From positions 250 through 64,249 of the forward strand of contig CAWDXL010000002.1 of assembly GCA_963806325.1 (NCBI GenBank): a DNA stretch of 64,000 bases. The letters run 5' to 3'. The notes under the pieces were generated by a model, which saw only the letters and a program-made list of their open reading frames with translations, was not told where the DNA came from and made no database searches. The stretch's first letter is position 1; each line of letters begins with the position of its first letter. This document shows, piece after piece, positions 55,543 to 63,377 of this stretch. A program made the translations under genes and the position numbers. The DNA comes from Candidatus Parcubacteria bacterium (GTDB lineage: Bacteria > Patescibacteriota > Minisyncoccia > Phycocordibacterales > JAKAEA01).

Positions 55543-55581
55543 AAATGCGACAACACGAATTTGGCGTGTGATTTATGTTGT

Positions 55582-56850
55582 CTAGGTTTTTACGGGAAGC
55601 AGGATAGTTTCTGCACCGAGCGGAAGCTGTCCTTTTTGAAGAAGGTGCCGATCGATTACGGTCGGGCGAACCCAAACGGATTTTTCGGCATCAGGGTTCT
55701 GACCTTCGCCAGGTGGTCTTCTCCAGAAACCGCGACGGAAATGCGGATTCTTTTGAGTGCAGCCTGCCAGTTCTTCGCTCACACTCTTGCTCTCAAGAAG
55801 ATTTCTCTCCTCAGGAGAAAGCGTAAACTCGCACGAAAGCATACAGACCTGTGCTTCGTCGACAACCGCTTGAACAGGCATCGCTAGAGGCTCAATGTCA
55901 GCATCTTGCCACTCCGTCCTGTGTTTAGAAACAGCTGGCAATGTGCGGATATAGAGACAAACCCCCGCAAGGATGCGCAGAGCCTGTTGCTGCGCAACCC
56001 GATCTCCAAGAGCACCGATATCATCGAAACCACCTTTCTTTGCAAAAGCCTGGAATAACTTGGCGATGTGCTCCGTCACCAAATCTTCTTTGTTGTCAGC
56101 TTGCCACAATAAAGGGGCATGCATGTTGCGGTAGGTGAGAACATGCCTTTCGGCAATGTGGCATTTGTGCTTGAGCGCATCCCACTTTTTGCGCTTCGAG
56201 AGCTCAGTAAGCTCCCGTTTCAGCGCAAGTGAAAGAGGGTTGTATTCAGCACAGCGGTCGGGGATGAGAAGACACATTCCTGCGTTGTTCCCGCCTGATA
56301 ACGCGTTTTGACTATGACTGGCAAACAAAAGCATGTCGTAGCGATTGCCACTTTCTCCGACGATCGGCACCGGCAGCTCGATGGCAAATGAATCAAAGGG
56401 AAACCTGAGGTCTCCGAGTTTTACATCTTCCAACGAGGTGGCGGCAATCAAGGTCTGGAGGTCTTCACTCAAACGAAAGACTCGTCGAGATCCAACTGTC
56501 CAGTTGTACAAAAGCTGTGGGAAAGCGCTTCGCAAGAGTAGATCAACAGGGTAGTGGTCTGGTGCAATGATCGAAGTGGTATATGGATCACAGCTCCATC
56601 CATACCTCTTGTGATCAAACGTTCCTACAGTGCCTCCCGATGCAACTGAATCGAGAAGGTACTTCCGGAACGATCGCCAGTTGTCGAGATCGCCACGATC
56701 CTTGACGAAGTTCCCATGAAGGCGATGGTCGAGTTTTAGACCCTTGATCCAGTCTCTGCGCCTATTGCCAACAAACATGATGTCTTCCCACGCTACGAGC
56801 ATATTCTCGAGCCGAGTGATTTTTCCTGCAGGTTTTTCCGCAGTGTTCAT
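55582..56850 (-). CDS. orphan protein, paralog 2 (422 aa), unknown function
   Basis: Intact ORF with near-consensus promoter upstream. Shares its conserved blocks with 54153-55391. Confidence 0.8.
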   Translation of the reverse strand: MNTAEKPAGKITRLENMLVAWEDIMFVGNRRRDWIKGLKLDHRLHGNFVKDRGDLDNWRSFRKYLLDSVASGGTVGTFDHKRYGWSCDPYTTSIIAPDHYPVDLLLRSAFPQLLYNWTVGSRRVFRLSEDLQTLIAATSLEDVKLGDLRFPFDSFAIELPVPIVGESGNRYDMLLFASHSQNALSGGNNAGMCLLIPDRCAEYNPLSLALKRELTELSKRKKWDALKHKCHIAERHVLTYRNMHAPLLWQADNKEDLVTEHIAKLFQAFAKKGGFDDIGALGDRVAQQQALRILAGVCLYIRTLPAVSKHRTEWQDADIEPLAMPVQAVVDEAQVCMLSCEFTLSPEERNLLESKSVSEELAGCTQKNPHFRRGFWRRPPGEGQNPDAEKSVWVRPTVIDRHLLQKGQLPLGAETILLPVKT

Positions 56851-56911
56851 TATTCACCATCCTTGTTGTTAAGGTTCATTAATGGAAGGACACCCCTCCA
56901 ATCTGGATAAT

Positions 56912-56939
56912 ATTATATAAGAAAAATTAAATATGTCAA
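56912..56939 (-). promoter_or_regulatory. near-consensus promoter of paralog 2 (TTGACA-16-TATAAT)
   Basis: Minus strand: TTGACA 56939-56934, TATAAT 56917-56912. It abuts the right direct repeat. Confidence 0.55.
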
Positions 56940-56944
56940 CTATT

Positions 56945-56989
56945 TGCTCGCACTGCGATACGATTTTCGAACAATAGATTGGGTTGGGG
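56945..56989 (+). repeat. right copy of the direct repeat bracketing the paralog cassette
   Basis: TGCTCGCACTGCGATACGATTTTCGAACAATAGATTGGGTTGGGG has 4 mismatches to the left copy. The three in the alanine, leucine and arginine codons are synonymous for LLALRYDFRTIDWVG. Weaker similarity continues about 60 bp further. Confidence 0.8.
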
Positions 56990-57044
56990 AGTATAAGTTT
57001 CCAGAACTAGCTTTGAAAGAGATACGAGGTTTACTGGTATAAAA

Positions 57045-57660
57045 CTAAACTCCATCTTTGCTAGGAATATAACCCAACTTCTCAAACGGGTAATGTTTAT
57101 TGTTGGGATGAGATTCGCGATTAGACCATTTGTATGACGATCGGCTCGATGAAAAGATAAGCTCTGATTTTTGGCAGAAGAAGCAAAAAGAAATTACTGA
57201 TGAACAGCTTGGTATGCTTGAGCAAATCAAAAAAATAAAAAGTGACGAGGCGCGCTACTTTGAGATCTGGCTCAACATTATAGATTTAGCTCGACGTTCC
57301 GCAGAAATTTATGCAAAACGCAGTCCGGAAGAGAAGCGACTACTTTTATCCTGTTTATTTTCGAACCTAACTTTAAAAGACAAAAAAGTCATATATACCT
57401 TCAAGAAACCAGTAGCAGTGCTTGCTCAACGGGTTCAAGAAAAGATTGATGCTGAAAACATTTTCGAACCAGAAAAAACCCTTGTGACAAAAGGGTTAAA
57501 GGGTGATTCTGAACCTAAACTGACTGGATTGCTCGACATGGTACGAGAAATAGGAACCTTCTGGAAGCACAACAAAGAGCTTATTTGGCTACCAAATATC
57601 AAACAGGGATTCTTTGGAATTACGCAGCCGACGGCTGAGGAGATGGCTAAGTATAAATAA
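57045..57660 (+). pseudogene. large serine recombinase, C-terminal fragment only
   Basis: YDDRLDEKISSDFWQKKQKEITDEQL...RLLLSCLFSNLTLKDKKV resembles the coiled-coil/C-terminal region and parallels ...AILACLGSNLTLKGKKV in 62249-63172. No catalytic or zinc-ribbon part upstream. Confidence 0.65.
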
Positions 57661-57662
57661 AC

Positions 57663-57965
57663 TTACTTCTTTCCAGGTCCCCATTGCCAGCGCAATTTTT
57701 CTCCTTTCCAGTAACAGATACTAATAAGAAGAATCGTCAGTACAATGATTGGCAGCGCAAATATGAGGAAATTGCTTCCCGAATCAGGATTTCCTGGGAT
57801 ATCCTTTTCTCTGGAGACTACGAGGGTAACGAGGAGTGCGACATACACAAGAAGAACGCACCAGCCTTGCCATTTTGCTGGCACCCAGCCCCAGCCATAA
57901 AACTTGGCCTTGAACCAGTAGCCTTTCGGATTGTCCTTTAAATAGTTTATATACTCATTGATCAT
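57663..57965 (-). CDS. hypothetical small membrane protein (100 aa)
   Basis: Trp-rich N-terminus (GYWFKAKFYGWGWVPAKWQGW) and two TM helices. Confidence 0.55.
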   Translation of the reverse strand: MINEYINYLKDNPKGYWFKAKFYGWGWVPAKWQGWCVLLVYVALLVTLVVSREKDIPGNPDSGSNFLIFALPIIVLTILLISICYWKGEKLRWQWGPGKK

Positions 57966-57994
57966 GTGGCTATAATTTTATCAAAATTTGAGTT

Positions 57995-58062
57995 TGTTTA
58001 CATTCGATCGATGAATGTACACAAACATGCCTAGTTTGCATACATTGGCGGGTGGAATGTAT
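57995..58062. promoter_or_regulatory. two inverted repeats sharing TACATT/AATGTA half-sites upstream of abiEi (candidate operators)
   Basis: TGTTTACATTC-n7-GAATGTACACA (57995-58023) and ATACATT-n9-AATGTAT (58040-58062). An extended -10 TGCTATATT lies at 58097-58105. Confidence 0.45.
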
Positions 58063-58145
58063 TCAAATCTACTTGTTGTATTTATAGCCCAAAATATGCT
58101 ATATTGTGACTGGAGTATACCTTTAAGGATAACTCTAGTCTAAAA

Positions 58146-58748
58146 ATGGACAATAAACCAACAAAAGGAGCATATTTAGAAACGTTGTTAAGGTCAACCA
58201 AAACCATCTTTTCTATACAAGATGTTGCTTTGATGTGGGGCGAAGAAAACGAAAGGACAATTAGCATTAGATTAAATAAGTATGTGAAGGCTGGAAAGTT
58301 GATCAGGGTCCGTCGTGGTTTATATGTGAAAGACCAAAACTATGATCGATTTGAATTAGCCACCCGTATCTATACCCCCTCATACATCAGCTTTGAAACG
58401 GTGTTAACTCGTGAAGGGGTCAACTTTCAATACTATGGAAATGTTTTTGCTGCATCTTATATCAATCGAGAAATTAATGTTGGTGAGCAAAAAATTACTT
58501 TCGTGAGGATGAAAGATTATGTATTAAGTAATACAACCGGAATTGAACACAAAGATGGGTATGCAATCGCCACTCGAGAGCGAGCTTTTTTGGATCGTAT
58601 ATATGTGAGTAAGGACTACCATTTTGATAATTTAGCCAGTTTAAATTGGGATAAAGTATTTGAATATTTGCCCATTTACCATAACAAGCGCTTGGATAAG
58701 AAAGTAAAAGAATACTTTGGAGCTTATAAGAACAATAAAACCGTATGA
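58146..58748 (+). CDS. AbiEi-like type IV antitoxin / transcriptional regulator
   Basis: N-terminal winged-helix-like IFSIQDVALMWGEENERTISIRLNKYVKAGKLIRVRRGLY. 4-bp ATGA overlap with the downstream AbiEii gene. Confidence 0.65.
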   Translation: MDNKPTKGAYLETLLRSTKTIFSIQDVALMWGEENERTISIRLNKYVKAGKLIRVRRGLYVKDQNYDRFELATRIYTPSYISFETVLTREGVNFQYYGNVFAASYINREINVGEQKITFVRMKDYVLSNTTGIEHKDGYAIATRERAFLDRIYVSKDYHFDNLASLNWDKVFEYLPIYHNKRLDKKVKEYFGAYKNNKTV

Positions 58749-59440
58749 CATTAGATTACTCAAAACATAAGAATATCTTGTTGCAGATCTTAAAGGATAT
58801 CTATTCGGATACCTCTATTTCACCCTACTTAGGTTTTAAGGGCGGTACGGCGGCATTGATGTTCTATGACTTGCCTCGAAATTCAGTCGACCTAGATTTT
58901 GATTTACTTGATGAGACCAAAGAAACAGAGGTCTTTGAGAAGATAAACAAAATTATCAGTGCCTACGGCAAAATCACTGATTCATACATGCAAAGATTTA
59001 ACTTAAGAAATGTCATTTCTTATGATCCCAAGGCACAAAATATAAAAGTAGAAGTAAACCGCAGAAAATTCGGTTCAAAATATGAAGTAAAGAATTTGCT
59101 TGGTATTTCGATGCTTGTAATGGTCCAGGAAGATATGTTTGCTCACAAATTGATGGCAATGCTTGAGCGAATTGGTAAAACAAGTCGTGATATTTTCGAT
59201 GTTCAATATTTTGCTAAAAATAACTGGCCAATCAACCGTAAGATTGTAGAGGAACGGTCCGGAATGTCTTTTAAAGAAGCTTTGGCTAAGTGTATCGAGA
59301 TGCTGGAGAAGATGGATAACAAGCACATTCTCGATGGTCTTGGAGAGTTGCTTACTGATCCTCAAAAGGATTCTGCTCGAGCTAAGTTAAAATCAGATAC
59401 TATTTTCCAGTTGAAGTTAATGCAAAGTAACGAAAAATAA
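58745..59440 (+). CDS. AbiEii/AbiGii-family nucleotidyltransferase toxin
   Basis: LGFKGGTAALMFYDLPRNSVDLDFD motif, typical of DUF1814/AbiEii. Confidence 0.8.
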   Translation: MTLDYSKHKNILLQILKDIYSDTSISPYLGFKGGTAALMFYDLPRNSVDLDFDLLDETKETEVFEKINKIISAYGKITDSYMQRFNLRNVISYDPKAQNIKVEVNRRKFGSKYEVKNLLGISMLVMVQEDMFAHKLMAMLERIGKTSRDIFDVQYFAKNNWPINRKIVEERSGMSFKEALAKCIEMLEKMDNKHILDGLGELLTDPQKDSARAKLKSDTIFQLKLMQSNEK

Positions 59441-59444
59441 ATCC

Positions 59445-60161
59445 ATGAATCCAGTTGCAAACCAAAATTCAAAAGATAATCAGAACAACTACTCGGAGAG
59501 TATGCTCAAAGGTCGCATGGCTGAGACACTTGTCGAAGAATTGCTCAAGAAATCTGGTAACACGGTCTATCGCTTTGGATATGAAGCTATTATGCAAAAC
59601 TTGGTCCAGATCAAGCAGAGCTTCGATGCACATAGTGATGCTGGTGAAAGAATCAGGGCAATCCCAGATTTCATTGTTATAGACAAAAATGGTGAACCTA
59701 TTTTTGTTGAAGTTAAATTCCGATGGAATGGACAACTTCACGAAAATGACCAGCTTCGACTCAAGAGAATAAGTAATTTTTGGAGCGCTAAGATTATCTT
59801 TGTAAATTCAACAAAAGCACCTTTCTTTATGGTTTCAAGTGCGCCATATGTCGATGAAAAAGGACAGTTGATTTGCCGACCTCTTTCTGAAGAGACTGCC
59901 TGGAAAATTGATCCAGCAGTTTATGAAGAGTTTGAAGCTTTGGTAAAGAGATATATTACTCCGCCTTTAAAGATTACAAACACAAAGCCTGAGGGCAAGA
60001 AAGAGACTTATATCAAATGTGTAAAGTGTGGCAATGAAATCTACTGGAATACGCACAGAAATATGACTCCGTGTTCATGTGGTGCTATTTCAGTCGATGG
60101 TTGCGAAGATTACATACGCATTACCGGCAAGAAGGAAGATTATGTAGAAATACAAAAATAA
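59445..60161 (+). CDS. PD-(D/E)XK-like nuclease-fold protein with C-terminal zinc ribbon
   Basis: IPDFIVIDKNGEPIFVEVKFR (D...EVK pattern) and C-terminal CVKCGNEIYWNTHRNMTPCSCG. Confidence 0.55.
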   Translation: MNPVANQNSKDNQNNYSESMLKGRMAETLVEELLKKSGNTVYRFGYEAIMQNLVQIKQSFDAHSDAGERIRAIPDFIVIDKNGEPIFVEVKFRWNGQLHENDQLRLKRISNFWSAKIIFVNSTKAPFFMVSSAPYVDEKGQLICRPLSEETAWKIDPAVYEEFEALVKRYITPPLKITNTKPEGKKETYIKCVKCGNEIYWNTHRNMTPCSCGAISVDGCEDYIRITGKKEDYVEIQK

Positions 60162-60165
60162 TTAT

Positions 60166-60360
60166 ATGAATCCAGTTGCAACATTCATTCAAAAAATAAT
60201 TGAAACTTACGGTAGCGGCCATGCGCGAGAGCATTCGTATCGCCCAGCCCTCAAGGAGCTTTTTGAACTGACAACAGGATTGACGGTCATTAATGAGCCA
60301 AAGCGCAGCGAACACGGCGCTCCTGACTTCGTATTTCTTAAGGGAAAGACTGTTATTGGA
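60166..60360 (+). pseudogene. N-terminal fragment of a type IIG/MmeI-like restriction-modification enzyme
   Basis: GSGHAREHSYRPALKELFE...VINEPKRSEHGAPDFVFLKGKTVIG is the typical N-terminal nuclease module. The sequence then leaves the family and stops. Confidence 0.55.
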
Positions 60361-61855
60361 AGAAGAACTCCGCGATGCTCCTGTTCTAGAACAAGTCCTC
60401 GAGAGTTTAAAAGGATTTATCGGAAAATTACCTGTAGTTTCTCATAATGGACTTAAATTTGATTTCCCGATGCTTGAGCACGTGGGATTTAAAATAGCTG
60501 AAAAATACGATTCCCTCGAGCTTGCGTTTTTTATGCTTCCAACACATGAGCTTGGTCATTCTGCCGCCGCTCTTGCAAAGAGGTACGGATTTGGCGAAAC
60601 TCCGCACCGAGCACTCGAAGACTGTAAACTTGAATTTGAAATCATAAAATGTCTACAAAAGGAATATGAAAATAAACCTGTCGACAAAGCTAAAGCCCTG
60701 AAAGCTTTGGCTGAAAGGATTGGTTGGTGGTGGTCCGGAATGCTTAGTGGTCCTAGTGAGCCTATTGATCACATATCTTCTCTTGTCTCAAAACACGAGC
60801 CTTACAGAAAGAAGGACGGTACAGAAGATGATAAAGCCACTAGTCTTGAAAAGATTGATGCCAAAGATGTAGAATCTCGGTTCGTCCATAGACATGGAGA
60901 ATCGAAAGCCTCGGATTATTCAGAAGGATCGTCCTGAACAGCGAAATATGGCAGGAATGATTGCTAATGCGTTCAATGAACAAAAGCACCTGGTAATCGA
61001 AGCTGGTACTGGTACCGGTAAGTCAAAAGCCTATCTGGTTCCGTCGGTTATTTTTGCACTTAAAAATAAAATCCTGTAATCGTCGCCACTCACACAAAAG
61101 CTCTCCAGGACCAGCTTTTCTTTAAAGAAATACTCCATCTTAAGGAGATAGTTGATCCGAATATCAGAGTGGCGGTTCTTAAGGGTAAAAGAAATTATGT
61201 CTGCCTCAAGAAATTCGAAGATTTTGTTGATGAGGTACTAACAGAGCTAAGCCAGCGATCTTTATATGAGTTTGGAAAATCTGGAGCTAAATACACGAGT
61301 CGCTTGGCGTGTATACTGATTGCCGCATGGGTTCTCGAGACTGAACGTGGAGATTGGGATGAACTTCCTTACTGGTTGAAAGATAAGATTCCAAAGCGTA
61401 TAGAACAGGATATATGTAATTGGGACGAGCTTTGTATAAAAGAGGTGTGTGATTTCTATGATGAAGAAAAGTGTTTTTTAGCCAAAGCCCGTTTGCGAGC
61501 TAAAGATGCCGATCTGGTCATTGCTAACCATGCAATTGTCTTATCGGGAATCATTCCATCAAGTGAAACAGAGGAAGCTATTGTAGATGAGGATCAGGCG
61601 GAAGAAACAGAGGCCGCTAGTCCTTTTGCACATGCCGTTTTCCCCACGGAAGCAAAGTTTTTAGTGATAGATGAGGTTCACCACCTTGAAGATGATGCAA
61701 CATCCGCGTGGACAAAAAGTATTTCCCAAGTAGATATGGAACTTTTGATAGAACAACTTTATGGAAAACGCAGTATAAAAGGTTACATTGATTCAATAGC
61801 AAAGCTAAAAAATAGTAAGAGACTATATGATTTAGCAATGGGCTTCAGCCTATGA
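60293..61855 (+). pseudogene. DnaQ-like exonuclease / DinG-family helicase, truncated and frameshifted
   Basis: VVSHNGLKFDFPML and HRALEDC (Exo II/III; Exo I missing). Then EAGTGTGKSKAYLVPS (helicase motif I, 60894-61079) and LVIDEVHHLED (DEAH box, 61169-61855), in different frames. The C-terminal half is absent. Confidence 0.7.
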
Positions 61856-62169
61856 GGGAGATCTTCCATTAAACGAGATACGAAGGGGTCACCAAGAAGG
61901 GGTAGATTCACCTGATAATACAGGCAATTTACAGGGTAATCGCAGTATCCCAGAAGATACTACGGAAGTACCCGTAAATACGGGTAAATTACGGGAATCA
62001 AGTGGCGTTGATAATGCAACGGTAGAACAACGCATGCGTAGTATCCAATCTGATACCACGGAGTCACCATTTAAAAACGGTGAGAAAAGGGGTGAAGCAG
62101 AAGCTATGACCCACAATGAATTGAGTCTTGAAGACATCAGAAACGATGATTTAGGAGCAGGAAGCGCAC

Positions 62170-63172
62170 AATAAGCAATCCGTTTTATTACGGCTGGTTT
62201 GAATATCCGTATAAGAGTGGCGAATGGCACAAAGGAGCGCACGAAGCCATGATCACCGAAGAAGAATTCAATAAGGTCCAGCTCATTATGGGTAGGACTA
62301 TGCAGCCTCGACCGAGACCTGAGAAGAGCTTTGCCTTTACCTCGCTTATGAAATGCGGACACTGTGGTTGTAGCATCACTGCTCAAGCGAAAGTAAAACG
62401 CCAGAAAAATGGAAACGTGCATCATTACGTTTACTACAATTGCACAAAGAAAAAAGTAGATGTGAAGTGTCCCGAGCAATGTATCGAACTCAAGAACCTC
62501 GAACTTGATATCAAAGCGAAGTTAAGCGAGATAACTATTTCAGAAAAGTTTAAGAACTGGGCGATCAAGCATCTCCACGAATTACGAAAGACCGAAGCCG
62601 ACAGTGACACCTTGGTCCTGAAAGGCAAGCATAAAGAACTCGAAGAAACGACCAAGAATTTACAATCACTCACACTCAATTTTACCTCACCGACCAACCA
62701 AGATCGTACGATGATTTCAGACGAAGAATACCAGACACTTAAGATGGGAATGGTTAAAAGGAAGCTGATCCTCGAAGACGAACTCAAGGTCCAAAACAAA
62801 GAGCTTCTTGAGTGGGTTGAGCTTACCGAAAGAACCTTTGATTTTGCCTGCTATGCTCGCATTTGGTTTGAAAAAGGAGACGATAAGGCCAAAAGAGCGA
62901 TACTCGCATGTCTTGGCTCGAACCTCACCCTAAAGGGCAAAAAGGTCCATGTTTCTTACCATTCTTTCATAAAGACGATTATAAAAACACGAAAGGCTAT
63001 CGAAGCCGAATTAGACTCCGCTCGAACCTCCGAAAACATAAGCGGTAAAAGACAAAACGAGCCGCTTTCGGCTCGTTCGTCACTAAGGCTCCGCATGTTG
63101 AACGATGTTAGAACCTGCATATTAAGGGGAAATGAGTATGCTCCGTCGCTTCAGGACAGGGTCTTAGGTTGA
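62170..63172 (+). pseudogene. large serine recombinase lacking the N-terminal catalytic domain
   Basis: NPFYYGWFEYPYKSGEWHKGAHEAMITEEEFNKVQ, zinc ribbon CGHCGCSITA...YYNCTKKK, and a coiled coil. No resolvase domain lies upstream (stop at 62172-62174). Confidence 0.75.
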
Positions 63173-63253
63173 AGATTGCACTACATAGCCCATAGTAAGT
63201 CAAAAGTGGTAAATAGTGCCTTAATACAAGGCTTTTATACGAAATGAAAATCA

Positions 63254-63282
63254 TTGACAAATATACACTGTTATGATATTAT
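63254..63282 (+). promoter_or_regulatory. near-consensus promoter TTGACA-17-TATTAT
   Basis: TTGACA 63254-63259, TATTAT 63277-63282, about 95 nt upstream of the 63378 start. Confidence 0.55.
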
Positions 63283-63377
63283 ACACTACAGTACCTGCAA
63301 GACATTCTTGCACCTGATCCAGCAGTTTTCTGGAAGCTCGTGAGCAACGAGTACGTGTTCATTCACAAGGAGAAGCC

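Noticed and set aside
61889-62479. 196-aa ORF on the minus strand
   Set aside because: It is antisense to the serine-recombinase remnant, whose plus-strand translation carries the recognisable NPFYYGW...CGHCG motifs.
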